Of a stretch of 64,000 nucleotides of DNA, positions 14,410 through 28,397 are shown in pieces. Position 1 is the stretch's first letter. Each line of letters opens with the position of its first letter. Where the stretch lies: contig OZ249436.1 of assembly GCA_965235115.1 (NCBI GenBank), positions 22,322,001 through 22,386,000 of the forward strand. The letters are read 5' to 3'. The position numbers and the translations under genes are program-made. The notes below the pieces were generated by a model. That model worked only from the letters and a program-made list of their open reading frames with translations, made no database searches and was not told the DNA's origin. Source of the stretch: Laetmonice hystrix. Lineage: Eukaryota.

Positions 14410-15573
14410 ACGACCTGCCATCGGCTAGAGGTGGGTACTGTCTGTCCTCTGGACGACCTGTCATCGCCTAGAGGTGGGTACTGTCTGTCCTCTGGACGAC
14501 CTTCCATCGGCTAGAGGTGGGTACTGTCTGTCCTCTGGACGACCTTCCATCGGCTAGAGGTGGGCACTGTCTGTCCTCTGGACGACCTGCCATCGGCTAG
14601 AGGTGGGTACTGTCTGTCCTCTGGACGACCTGTCATCGCCTAGAGGTGGGTACTGTCTGTCCTCTGGACGACCTGCCATCGGCTAGAGGTGGGCACTATC
14701 TGTCCTCTGGACGACCTTCCATCGGCTAGAGGTGGGCACTGTCTGTCCTCTGGACGACCTGCCACTTGCCAGAGGAGGGCACTGACTATTTTTTGGACGA
14801 CCTGCTATCGACACCCCCCTTACTGGACGACCTACCATTTGTAAGGCTTTGTGTCTGGACGACCTGCTATCGCCTAGAGGTGGGCACTGTCTGTCCTCTG
14901 GACGACCTGTCATCGCCTAGGTGGGTACTGTCTGTCCTCTGGACGACCTTCCATCGGCTAGAGGTGGGTACTGTCTGTCCTCTGGACGACCTGCCATCGG
15001 CTAGAGGTGGGTACTGTCTGTCCTCTGGACGACCTGCCATCGGCTAGAGGTGGGTACTGTCTGTCCTCTGGACGACCTGCCATCGGCTAGAGGTGGGCAC
15101 TGTCTGTTCTCTGGACGACCTTCCATCGACTAGAAGTGGGCACTGTCTGTCCTCTGGACGACCTGTCACTTGCCAGAGGAGGGCACTGTCTGTCCTCTGG
15201 ACGACCTTCTATCGGCTAGAGGTGGGCACTGTCTGTCCCCTGGACGACCTTCCATCGGCTAGAGGTGGGCACTGTCTGTCCTCTGGACGACCTGCCATCG
15301 GCTAGAGGTGGGCACTGTCTGTCCTCTGGACGACCTGCCATCGGCTAGAGGTGGGCACTGTCTGTCCTCTGGACGACCTGCCATCGGCTAGAGGTGGGCA
15401 CTATCTGTCCTCTGGACGACCTTCCATCGGCTAGAGGTGGGCACTGTCTGTCCTCTGGACGACCTGCCACTTGCCAGAGGAGGGCCCTGACTATTTTTTG
15501 GACGACCTGCTATCGACATCCCCCTTACTGGACGACCTACCATTTGTAAGGCTTTGTGTCTGGACGACCTGCT
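14410..15573. repeat. Minisatellite, 43-bp unit (ggacgacctgccatcggctagaggtgggtactgtctgtcctct) with a higher-order duplication
   Basis: Period 43 (14451 vs 14494). The diverged block starting gccacttgccagagg occurs at 14761 and 15466. Confidence 0.97.
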
Positions 15574-18500
15574 CACCCACATGACCCTCTCTGGACAGTT
15601 TGCAGTCATGTCTTGACGGCCTACAACCAGTATGACCCTCTCCTGACAAAGTCCCAGCCATAACCTTTCCCTGGACCGCCTGCCACCAACATGATTTCCC
15701 TTAACAACTTGCCACCAGTACTCCTTCCATGACGCTTCTGCTGCGCCCTGGACCCCAAAGTCCCCACCGAGCAGCCCCTACTTCTACACGTCTCTATCTC
15801 ACCCCCTCTCTCTCTCATTCTCTCAGTCTCTCTTGCCACCTCTCTCATAGAGATGTTCATTGTGGTGCTGCTTCCCACGTCCTTGTTAGATTCCCCCAGA
15901 ATTTAATCATTTCCACCCAGACATTACTTTCTGACTGTCCAAACAGGAGGTTCTCATTGACTCAACATTGCTGGGAGGCACACTACCTCCGACATATGAA
16001 TGCTAATTGAAAACCTGGCCTAATAATATCAATAATTGGATTTAATTGTGATCTTTAATTAACTTTTCACTGACCTGTTTGCCTGATCTTAACTGCAAAC
16101 GGGCAGACTGGCAATACGGACAGCTTGGAACTGTTGAACGTCACACTTGGCCAATACTTCCCCCATTAGGGTCAACTCTGCCCTGTGCTGGCTAAATATT
16201 ATCTTTTCTTGATGGGAATTATGAACTGTGTTATTGGCTGGGAGGACTTCATTCTGTGAGCGACCGGGTGCCGTGAACATTATGAGTAATGATGCTGGGG
16301 TAAACAGTAGCAGGCGGTTGTGTTTGGGCACGACGACAGTGCGCGAGTGCACGTGCATATTTCCCTGCACGTCATGCACAGCCAGAGAAGCCAGTGAACA
16401 GAAACCTTTGCCACATCGCCTTGCCCGTACTACAGGGGGTGTTGTCCTGGTCGGTCTCTCTATGTGCTCTCTCTCTGTGCCACACGGAAAGGGTTGAACC
16501 TAAATGGGAAACATTACGGCCCTACATGACCAGGCATCTTCCGATGTGAGGAGTTCCTATCAGGGCAGTTAGCTCCCGTCCTTTTCTGATTGCCTTTCTT
16601 CTGTTCCTCTATTGCCATCGTCAACGTGGGCTATCAAGCCGAGACCGTGGCTGGTTCCTCACCCCAAACATTTCACTGACTCATCATATTAATTAGCTGT
16701 GCAAAGTTAACTACTCCTCGCCATTTACGGGTTCTCTTAGAGATCGGTTACCACTTGTAATAGCTGTCGTCAAGTGTATACTATCCGGATGTTTCATACA
16801 GAATCAAATAGAGAATGGAAACGGGAACAAAAGTGATTCTATGGCCCAGTGCAGCAACTTAAGATAGTGGGTAACACTCGGTCAAGACGAACTGCATCCA
16901 AAACCTAAAAGACGGGCCTCGAATTCACCGGCTGCCAATTAAAATGTCGGAGAGAGAAAGTTCAAGCGATAAAATTACCTGCGGTGAGGGTACATGTTGT
17001 TGTATTGTTCAATATTACCTTCATGGCCCATTCTGTGAGGACCTACTTGAAATGCTGACTCAATTAGTTATAATATGTCATGATACATATTTTGAGTAGG
17101 CAAGTATACTACGGTAACAAGAGAGAGATGTAACATCAGAGAGATTGAGCTGAAACAAAACGACTGGATGCCATGGGAGACTGACCAGATTATTGAGACT
17201 GAGACTGCGGTCTTGGATCTCACACAAACAGATTGTACCCCTCGCTTTCACCTCTCAGCCAATTAAAACTGCGCCATCTCAACACCACATGGCCAGACAA
17301 AACCCCCCAACCCACACCTGACGATTTCTCATTAATTAAGCCTGGATCCCTGCTGAGAGAAACACCTGAATGCAATCCCTGCAAGCTTTCTATTGATGGC
17401 TCCTTCCTGTGTCTCCGATACGGGTCGACTGGAGGCAGGAACAATCGAATGTCTCCACCACATGTCGCTATCATCTCAACCTTACACCTCAGTGTTAGTG
17501 TCTTACAGAGACGGATAAAGTCCAGCTTTTCACAAACCACGGCAGCCAGCCCCACATTGATGCCAGGCCAGCCCAACAATACCAGGTTTACCTTGCCAGC
17601 CCGGCTGCTTCCTCAAAACACAATAGGCTCACCGATCAAATCTGCTGGTTCACAGTATTTCCTGATTGAAAAGGAGGCCAGTTTGAACAAATCTACACTT
17701 CCACAGATTTTGCTAGGGGTGGTTGAACTTTGGCGTTCTGTCCCATAATGGGGTCAAAGTATGACGGGTGAGGGCGTCCATCAGGGTCCAGTGGCTGAGG
17801 GCCAGGCTGATTGAACCTCCAGCTGGGTAACAAATTGTGGACATTTGATTGTTTCATGGCCCGCACAATGAAAGCGAACGGCCTGATCAATGGTAGCTGG
17901 GCCCATTTGGGGGCAGCGTTCACGGCCGGTTGTCTAGACAACGGCATCCATAACGTCATCTAGTCGGACGGGACCACTACTGATCACAACCCGTCCACAT
18001 CTCGGTCCTCACTTCTATCACACTTCACACCAAAATATCTTTGTTCGAATACATGCGGCCACCTCCTCCCGTATACAACTTACCGTGGGCTATCTTACCA
18101 TCAACTCAGAATGGGTTCGTTTCGTTTTCAGACCTAATGTAAACACCTAAAACACCAGTAATAACGCCCAAGTTTTGTGTGTTTAAAAGGTCGCAAAAAT
18201 TACGTCACACAGACGTGCGAGTTTTGGCATGTTGGCCTTCCACATGGTTGCGGTGACCAGTGACCAGCGCGTTGACCAGTGAGTGACCAGTGAACCAGTA
18301 AAGGGCCCACACTGGACCCCGACTCCCACGTCCCACTGGGGCGGTCTCTCGGGCCCTCCACTCGGTTCGCCCTCTCACCGACCGCCGCCATAAGCCCTCT
18401 CAAGTGGAAGGCGGGGCAGTGACTCACAAATCATGGCCACAAACACCACAATCCATTTGTTTTATTCGCTTTCTCTCCCCCTCCCATGTCCTTCTCAACC

Positions 18501-21500
18501 CCCACTCCTGTGAAAGATTGCAGGTGTGTAAAACATGGGTGAAGGAGAAAGGGGTTTCAATGGATTATCACACATATCTTTCATATCTTCACCTTTCTGT
18601 TTTGTACTGTTTGGTTCTCCCGTTTTGTTACTGTTCCTGAGGCCTAAAGATGAATTACAAAACAATTCGTTGCAAACAGCTATTTAATAAAATAAACAAG
18701 TCATACAGGCTCTGCACCACAACCAGCGGAAGCCAGGTAATTTCTCTCTCGACAGAAGCCGACTGGTAGAAATGACGTTACTGTATCACATCCACACGCC
18801 CAGCGTAATGTCAATAAAGGCAGGTTTACATTGTGTGCGGCCCACGGGGACGGTAATATACTGTGTGACTGGTTTGTGCTACAAATGACCACTCAAACCA
18901 AACCGAGGTCCGGAGGGGCCCCATCCTACCTCGGCCCGCCCAGCCCTCCCTGACCCGCCCTACCTGAACTCACACCTTAATTAGCCCGACTCGGCCACAA
19001 CAACCCCAGATGGGCCCCTCGGGACGCCGGGCTTCAATTGGTGAGAGGCCCCCGAGACCGAGTGGTTCTAACACGGGGGCCATCTTGGGGGATTGGGGAA
19101 ATTAGCGTCAATTCCAGAGGCCGTAGGAAAAGGGCCCGGAATGGATGGTTGGGCCCAGTCGGCTGGTCACCTCGACAAACCAACACTGTGGGAAAACATC
19201 ACAGACAGAATGTCATCTGGCCACCAAGGGAAGCCAGACTGATTAACAAATGAAGGTGGGTCAACCCGACCCGGAGACACCCCCCCCCCCCCCCGCCTCC
19301 ACCACTACCGCACAAACCCGGATAGATCTCCACTCTCCCACACAAACTGGCGTTGGTGTCCGGGGGAGGGGGGGGGGTGAAAACCCCTGGAGGTGGGGTT
19401 CAGGTAGCAGCGGGCGTCTGGATTGGTCTCCCAAGGATAGTTTAATCAGAACATTCCCACGGGCCGGGTGCGGCAAACTGGCAGCAGGGAAATTAACGCC
19501 TGCCAGCCAAACGTGGCATGTGAGGCCTGGGTTGGGCAGTAAGTGGTGCCATACCAGCGGGTCACCTATATAAACACCATCATATAACCAGCCTCGGCCC
19601 ACCATTCACTTTAACACACTTCATGATGCCATGCAATAAGATAAGCCCAGGCCAATTCTTTTTTTTAAAGTAACCATCCCCGGCGCATGTTATTTATGCC
19701 TGCAAGAGACATTTTCTCTAAAGCAATATGACTTTTTTTTCCTTCCAGGGAATTATCCATAGCAATTTAAAAGTGGCCAGCAGTTTACGACTTTAACTTG
19801 TTTGTTGTAACTCCCAGGCCACTAACGCCCCGGCTGCTATTACCTGGGTACGATAACATCCGTTAATCCACCACCTATCAGCCTTTTTTTAAATTGATGA
19901 GAGACGTCCAAAACACACGTGACTGCTTCCTGCTTGATGTAAACACGCCATGGCTTCGGTCTCGGAACAACAACGCACTTTTCAGGCTTGGTAGTATTTT
20001 CTAATATTATAGGGGCGTTGTGTGTGTGACACCATGTTATCGTATCGTATGTAATAGTGTTCGAACAATAAACAGTATGATCGGTCCGAGTCTGTACCTT
20101 GGTCAATTTGATTGGGCTGAATTTCTTGCAGGCAAACTGTAATTTTCCTAATGTGTATTATAACTAGAAACTGTTTAGTTGCGGACAACGTATCCCCTTG
20201 TGGGAGAGGTTGAGCGGGTGACGTCTAAGACAAGACCCTGTCCGGGTCACAGACTGTGGTAGGGCCTAACACTACTATCGGTTGTTACACCAACACCCTA
20301 CCAGCGCCCGTCAGGGAAGAGATCAAAATACAACATCTTATATTACCACCATCTTTGGTTGCCCTAGCTCCCACGTTTCAAATTAGCCAAAAATCAAAAT
20401 GACTGAAACTACAAAGAAAGAATAAAAGAATGGTCTCTAGGGAGACGTCATAAAAACAATGAAATTAAAGATCTTTTCCTCAAGTTACTAGCACCACCAG
20501 TTTCCCTTCCCCTCCCCTTACACGATGCCGATAATAAAAGTAACCATTTGCAAATACTCTTAAAAAAAAACAAAAAAACAAAGACTATAATATGTACGTT
20601 TCATGTTTTACAACACATCGCATGCCAGGCGCTGTACTGGATACGGTTGAAGTTATCAATGCATGCAACTCGTCACCGATCCACGAGATCACATGAACGA
20701 CTACTAAAAACATCAGCAGGGTTTTTCATGATATTTATCAGTAGAAAAGACCAACCTCCGTGCAGTGCCAGTCCCAATCCACCGACGGCACCCAGCGTGG
20801 GGGTGTGGGAGCGGAATGCGGCCAACCTTGCTGAGTAATATCCCTAAGTAACTCGAAACGTAAGTAGTGCACAGAAACAGGGCTACAGCAGCGAGTAAAC
20901 CTACTAGTGGTAAAAACCCGGTTACTGGTTTTTAATTCACACCACGAACATCTCTCCAGTGCCTTTTGAAGTAAGTTCACTAAAGATCGACTATCACAAA
21001 AACAACACTGCACGGCATCGTTTGTGCTGGATATTTTCTCATGCAATCTCCATCCATCAAAATTACAACATGACCTTCATTAGGGGATTTTAAAGACGAT
21101 TACTGCTATACCGTAAATGGCGAGATCAGCGGCTACCCAACTTTAATCTGTCGTCATTCCGCCGTGATGGATTGGCCTGGATTGAGTGCATACACCCGGG
21201 TGACAGACGCCAGTATGGGGTGTGGGGTGTGTGGGGTGTGGGGTGTGGGGGGTCTGGAGGGGGGGGGACCACCTTGTGATCGACCCTCCGACATGTACCA
21301 CCGCCGCCTTCCCTCCGATCAACTGTTAAGACGGGGAGCACGACGGACCTCACAGGGAATGCAGCAGTCCATTAAACCGAGCCCGACTCCATCAAAAGCA
21401 TTGTGAGGCATCAGTGCTGGTTTTACAATTTCTGCCTGATTACAGTTGAACTACAGCCCCCCAGCTCTGTGCGCCATTCTGAGGGTAACACCCTTTCACC

Positions 21501-24500
21501 CCCCCCCCCCAACCCCATCCCCACCCTTCCCCTCTTGTCTCGCACTCCACTGGAGACATTCAGGTGTAGCGGGCCGCCCACCACATCGATCTATATTAAC
21601 TGCCTAATGTTGCAAGCCGTATCAGATCCAGGGTCTCCTTCCAGCCCCCCCTTCCACCCCCCCCCTCCACCCCCCTCCACCCCCACCCAACCATAACACA
21701 TGATTCACTCAACTCCTAATGGATCCACAGCAAACCAAATCTTAATCACAATTTTGTTTCATCTCAGTTGTGAACGTAGCAAACAAAGACAACTGTTGTG
21801 AGGTTGTGCTGTAGGCCGGGGAAGAAGCAGGTAAATCACCCCCGCCCCACCCCCGCCCGCCTGTGGGGTTGTGTAATGTCAGTACGCGGGGCCCACACAC
21901 ACCCTCCCCCCCGTCTCTGACGTGTGGGGTTAGGCGACAGTGGCGGCGCCCTCACTTAATCACCCGCACTCCACTTGACCACACACGGCTAAGGTCAGAT
22001 TAAAACAAACGAGAATTAAGGCACAAACAAAAGTTTACAGCGCACTGTAAAATGGCGAAGGGCCGTTTTGATGATAAATGGGTGGTGAAGGCACGGTTTG
22101 CTCCAGCTCGGAGCCAGGGACGCTGGGTAGGGGATGGGCCTGATTAACACAAGTGGCCTACGTTCCTCCTTGACAACCAATATTGCATGTACACCGCTCA
22201 TTTGAACAGACTAGCTGCCATAGCCAGCATCGATTAATCACTCAGAGATCAGCGTACATAAAAACATGAATGCGCTCAATCTACTCTACCCCACAATTTA
22301 TCCTTCGTGCACCATTTAGTTTGTCATTATTCTCCTGTATAGATTTCAAACATAATTCACGAGTACCACCAAGAGTAACGGATACGTGAAGGATCTTGCC
22401 TGTTCATGGATACATTCTATATACATATATACATGTAATAACAGAACAACCTTTGCCATAACTAAAGCTTACAATTATCCAATAACTTCGTACCAGTATT
22501 ATGTAACGGTGAAGGAGGTGCACCAAAAATTGATTGCCTTGTAACATCATTCACTGTTTCCGTTCAACTACATGGAGGACTATGTACATGAAACAAGGCA
22601 TATATCAGTATCCATGTACATAGCAACTGCTGTTTTAAACCGAGGCTGTCCGTTTTCTAGCTACGTCTTTAAACTTTATGCTCGCACGGTCTCTAGTGTC
22701 TAGTAGCCATAGTAAAGCTTGCATTGTTAATTACATATAGAACCTTAAAGCCTGCATTATTTCCTAGATATCTTAAGCCTGCAATGCCCAGCAAGATCTG
22801 GAACTTGTAGTATCAACTTGCCATATCTGTAGCGATCAAGCACAAACCAAAGCCTTTGCTCAGTAAAGGAAAAGCATAAATCAACTTTAGGACTCTCCAC
22901 CGGTAAAAACGTTTAGCTTTCGGTACTATAAGCAGCTAGTATAATTATTCACTGATATATCTATACTTTCAGATGTTTCGTAAAAGAATATGTTTAATAG
23001 GGATACAGCTTCATCAAGACACGCGCGAAGTAGGTCCATCTTCTGTGATAATGTACTCAGCTCTTATTGCTTTTAAGATAATTAAATTACATTTTTATTT
23101 CAGTCTTTCGGAAAAAGACGAAAGAAAATATTTCACATCAAATAGAAGGGAATTCTAGCATGTTAACTAAGACAATATTACATTATGCCGACTTGTCAAC
23201 TTTTAAGATGAATTTCTGTTAAAGGCTATGGATCACCACCTTACATGTTCCAGCATAAATCACTCCAAAACATTAGGATTATATGTCAACTGGATAGTTG
23301 CCAATCTGTTTGAAACAACTTCATCTTAAACTGAGATAAAGGCATCAACTTGTAACGATGACTGCCTCGGTATTTCTCCATCTCAATCCACCAAAAGACA
23401 CGTTACAAGCACATGTGGGTGAGTGCAGACTTGGGGTAAGTAAGCGCAGGCGTCAAAGAGCAAGGTGTCACAGGCGCCTGAAGGATTTAAAACTAGCACC
23501 AACCAAGTGCTTCACGATCCAGGAAGAGGCAGCGGCAAGACAAGGCTAGGTCAGACTTAGAACTGAGGGTTAGGGCGGTCGAGCTAGCCAGCGTGACACA
23601 CTCTTCAGGCCCGAACCTCTTAACTGCATTGATCCCGAGCTGGGGATGAAAGCGTGGAGTGTGGGTGTCCGGCGCGCGGACTCTGGCGGCCGTGGTCGAT
23701 CGATGGCCTAGCGCCCCCTGCCGTGTCAGCCAACAAAGCCAGCAGTGACAGCTTCAAACCAAGATGTGTGCACGCCTAAAGCCAGCCACCCGTTCAAGAA
23801 TGCGAAAGGTGACAAAACCCTGAGAGACAAGAGGGCATGTTCTGAGGGGTGGAGCAGGAACAGAAGGCTATCGGCAAGCAAACATAAACCACTCAGAAAA
23901 AATGAAGACAGGCAAAAAATATTTTAAAAAAAAAAAAAAAAAAAAGGAAAGAAAAAATTCATAGTAGATTCATCAATCATGCATAAGAAATTCCAACAGG
24001 GCAAAGAGGCTGGCGTGTCAAGTTTTCCGGTTCTGTCATTCCATAGCTTGACCTCAGCCGTTATGTGACACAATGCGAAGCATACCGACTTAGTGTCTAC
24101 AGGCATACTTATTATCCGGACGCTTCACGTCAAGGAACAGGGTCAAAGAACGCCATGTTAACGGTAAGCCCATTGATGATTTCAGCCCAGAGAACCACAC
24201 AGGGTTTTGTCTTAAACATTACAAAGGATGGCAAAAAAGATGAAAAAACATACACATTGCAGCGACTGTTGAACCTCCTGAAATACAGAAACAATCGCAA
24301 TCAATTAATACAAACTAAAGAAACTCAGAACGGGAAAAACATAAAAGGAAATACTTGGAAGAGGAAAGTAAAGGAACGCAAATCAAAGAATCAAAACTTG
24401 TTGGCCTCAGTAATATTTTCAAAGCAAACATGAAAGAGTTTGTGACTGGGAGATAAGAGTACGGACGCCACCATCAAAACCATGAAAATCCTTTAATCGA

Positions 24501-26127
24501 GACCAAGCCCATTACATCTTGATCTGGTACCGTTAGTGACAGCTGCCTCTGACTGTAGTCTTGTTCTTATTCTGGTCTAACTCAGGGTGACAAACTGCAC
24601 GAAAACATGGCCGTACGAGCAAAATGGCACTTATGAATGGTATCAGTCTGGTTGCGTGCCTTCTCCAGCGTGTTTTAAGTTGGCGTTTATGTCCATAGCA
24701 GAAATATGAATCCTATTTGTGCATGTCTACACAAGAGTATATAAATGTGGCGTGCACTTTGTGAAGGCGTACAAAGTTTGATTTACATGCCAGTATTACG
24801 TGATCCCAGTTCTCTCTGATGTTACCAACCAATTCTACCCACCCGTTATCTAAGAACGACAATCAATATAACAAAGGCACTATGTTTAAATCTTCAAATG
24901 TACTAAAACATTGCTGGGGTGGGTATAGAGCTTGTGTTTGTTGCTGACTTTATAGAGGCACATATATATTCTTCGTCTTTTGAGCTTTTAGTTCCGAATC
25001 GACATTGAAATAAGCGAATTGCTGTTTTGCTGAAAAATTTTGTGGAAACGTTTATTTCTGCTAGTATTGTAAATTGTGACTGTGTCGTACAAATGGCCAC
25101 AATCTATTTGAGTGTACAATCGATTCTGTTCGTTTCCTTCTCGACTGGTGAGGAGATCGTCGTTCGGAAGTGGGGTTCGCATGACGCGGCGATCTGGTAT
25201 TTATCTCTCCGTGACAATAATTCAACCAGTCAAATTCCATCGGGTGGCCATGCTGCCCTGTCTGAGGGTCACGACCTTGGCAAGACCTCCCTGACCTTCA
25301 GACCATGTGGCACTGATCACATGACCCGTGGTAATGTGACCCTTGTATCTCGGACCAGTTATGATTTGATTTCAAAGTGGATATAAACCCGATAAACTAC
25401 GGTCTTGGATAGAGGGACATCTTACGACCTGACCCTGCGGGTTTCGTTATTAGTAGAAAGGCAGCGATTGTATTGGGCCATCAAACCGTAACCCTCCGAC
25501 ATCGTACTACCCTCCAGGGTATCATCAAAGAAAAAGCTTGGCCGGCAGATGTGCACTCTAACCTGTGCATATAAAATGTCAAGTCTGTTTTGTGTTTCGC
25601 GGGCCCACAAATAACCACGCCGAACGCTAGAGGGAGCTTTGGAATCCATCGTGCGAGGAGTGCTTATTAAATTCCATACATGGTCAGCGAGTTTCGTTTA
25701 GAAAGTAAGTGATACTTTGGGGGCACTTGGCCTGCCCTGGGTGTCCCTAAGACAGGACATTAAGGACCTCCTTACGACGTCTACAGTAGTGGACACGATA
25801 AACTGTCTCCGAGTAGTGTGGACATTCACAAACTTTACAACCTCTGGGCAAGCATCACGAATTCTGAACGTCAACATAAAGTTTTGTGTTCTTCATTTGT
25901 TCCAAGACAAAACAACTCTTGGCTTATTTGTTCGTACTCCAAAGTGTTTCCTTTCTCGAAGACCTGAGAGATGTTTCTATTGTAGCACAGAGTACTGATG
26001 CAATAAATTCTTTGTGTCTTCACAAACATAATACCACTTTTTTTTTTACTTAAACTTTATAGATCCTGACACTCACCGTAAAGGGTCAGTTGTAAATACG
26101 ACCACATTACTTTGCATTTTTACTTAC

Positions 26128-26319
26128 CTCAATAAAGTTGGCGAGAAGGTCACAGGACAGTTCTTGTTCCAGGATTTCTCTGTTGCCATGACTACAGTAG
26201 CAGCAGCATATGAGCGTTGGGAAGAGGACATTAGTGAGAGCTGGGTCACTGAAGTATTGGAAGGGTAGCAGACAGAGTTGTTGTAGAACAGTTGGCGGCT
26301 GTCCTGACTGCATCATCAC
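26128..26319 (-). CDS. SCAPER: SCAPER internal coding exon (64 aa: VMMQSGQPPTVLQQLCLLPFQYFSDPALTNVLFPTLICCCYCSHGNREILEQELSCDLLANFIE), phase 0/0
   Basis: Contains the SCAPER hallmark 'QSG..PTVLQ.LC.LPFQYFSDP.L..VLFP.LI' and continues in frame from the 59098-58949 exon. Acceptor ttttatgttccAG at 26321-26320, donor GTaagt at 26127-26126; length 192 nt. Confidence 0.96.
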
Positions 26320-26393
26320 CTGGAACATAAAACAATGTCACCAACGTTAGCCTGTACTTTCAGAATAAACTCGGACAATTCCCCATGTTCCTT

Positions 26394-26630
26394 ATTTTAA
26401 AGTCCCCGACCCGAGAGTCGTGGCTTCTAATTTGATGTGTGTAGGTCCGTCCCTGGACGCCAATTTCTCAGATGTGTACCATAGACTTGTTGGCCGCTTG
26501 GCAGCCCACTTGGATGTACATGTAAACATATTTAGAGCAATTACTCAGACAAAACGATCCGAATTTCCTTTTGGCACCATTTTCCATTACCTTGACTGAC
26601 CTTCAAAGGTCAGTCAAGGTTATGCATATC
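26394..26630 (+). mobile_element. Truncated copy of the Helentron/HINE-like family, in opposite orientation to the copies at 41.2, 56.5 and 60.7 kb
   Basis: Reverse complement shares attagaagc, ttttgtctgag.aattgctc.aaat.tgtttaca and ccaagcggcc with the other copies, plus tgaccttcaaaggtca. Confidence 0.6.
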
Positions 26631-26933
26631 ATAAGTAGCTCGTAGTGCCAAATTTGACATTTAATTAAGATAACTACATAGTTATTATTGATCTTGAACA
26701 TTGTTCACATATCACAGTTACAAAGTACCACTATCACATTATGGAAGATGTGCAGCACTTGACGTCACTTGGAGGGCAAATCTCGCCGCCACGCCTCACT
26801 TTATAGTGTTTCTACGGCGGAGGATGTATATAGGAAGACTCGAGTGACCGTTAAAAGTCAACGAAGGACAAGCATCTTTTTTGGTTGATTTTGTATTTTT
26901 TTTAAATTTGGATTTAGGGGAGGGGGGGGGGGG

Positions 26934-28397
26934 TATCCTTGCCCCTCACCCATACACCCACATTCATGGCATGTTACCATGGTGAATACTAAAACCCCCT
27001 ACACTAGCCCACATTAAAACTCAATCGTATCCATATGCTTGCCCCTCACCCATACACCCACATTCATGCCCATGTTACCATGGTGAATACTAAAACCCCC
27101 TACACTATCCCACATTAAAACTCAATGCTATCCGTATCCCTGCCCCTCACCCATACACCCACATTCATGGCATGTTACCATGGTGAATACTAAAACCCCC
27201 TACACTAGCCCACATTAAAACTCAATGCTATCCGTATCCCTGCCCCTCACCCACACACCCACATTCATGGCATGTTACCATGGTGAATACTAAAACCCCC
27301 TACACTATCCCACATTAAAACTCAATGCTATCCGTATCCCTGCCCCTCACCCATACACCCACATTCATGCCCATGTTACCATGGTGAATACTAAAACCCC
27401 CTACACTATCCCACATTAAAACTCAATGCTATCCGTATCCCTGCCCCTCACCCATACACCCACATTCATGGCATGTTACCATGGTGAATACTAAAACCCC
27501 CTACACTATCCCACATTAAAACTCAATGCTATCCGTATCCCTGCCCCTCACCCATACACCCACATTCATGCCCATGTTACCATGGTGAATACTAAAACCC
27601 CCTACACTATCCCACATTAAAACTCAATGCTATCCGTATCCCTGCCCCTCACCCATACACCCACATTCATGCCCATGTTACCATGGTGAATACTAAAACC
27701 CCCTACACTATCCCACATTAAAACTCAATCGTATCCATATCCTTGCCCCTCACCCATACACCCACATTCATGGCATGTTACCATGGTGAATACTAAAACC
27801 CCCTACACTAGCCCACATTAAAACTCAATGCTATCCGTATCCCTGCCACTCACCCACACACCCACATTCATGGCATGTTACCATGGTGAATACTAAAACC
27901 CCCTACACTAGCCCACATTAAAACTCAATGCTATCCGTATCCCTGCCCCTCACCCATACACCCACATTCATGGCATGTTACCATGGTGAATACTAAAACC
28001 CCCTACACTAGCCCACATTAAAACTCAATGCTATCCGTATCCCTGCCCCTCACCCATACACCCACATTCATGGCATGTTACCATGGTGAATACTAAAACC
28101 CCCTACACTAGCCCACATTAAAACTCAATGCTATCCGTATCCCTGCCCCTCACCCATACACCCACATTCATGGCATGTTACCATGGTGAATACTAAAACC
28201 CCCTACACTAGCCCACATTAAAACTCAATGCTATCCGTATCCTTGCCCCTAGCTCACCCATACATCCACATTCATGGCATGTTACCATGGTGAATACTAA
28301 AACCCACTACACTATCCCACATTAAAACTCAATCCTATCCGTATCCCTGCCCCTCACCCACACACCCACATTTATGGCATGTTACCATGGTGAATAC
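26934..28397. repeat. Tandem repeat, 100/101-bp unit, ~14.5 copies
   Basis: ccctacacta recurs at 27801, 27901, 28001, 28101 and 28201. The unit includes catgttaccatggtgaatactaaaacccc. Confidence 0.98.

Larger units (their letters stand above)
1..26127 (-). other. SCAPER: Probable large downstream SCAPER intron (next exon not recognised in the window)
   Basis: Strong donor GTAAGT after ...NFIE. No exon encoding the expected terminal 'RFP...W..A..FF'-type motif was found by eye; a short divergent exon could have been missed. Confidence 0.6.

Noticed and set aside
14410..15573. CRISPR-like look (constant core with variable linkers)
   Set aside because: Most 'spacers' are near-identical, the core is only about 10 bp, there are no cas genes and the context is a spliceosomal intron. 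The same applies to the other arrays.
17233..17748. 171-aa ORF, and similar 100-175 aa ORFs such as 42824-43351 and 45241-45699
   Set aside because: No recognisable domains, low-complexity or repeat-derived sequence, lengths compatible with chance.
20950..21110. Possible decayed LINE endonuclease fragment (LGDFK resembling GDFN)
   Set aside because: Single short motif with no continuous ORF; cannot be supported without a profile search.
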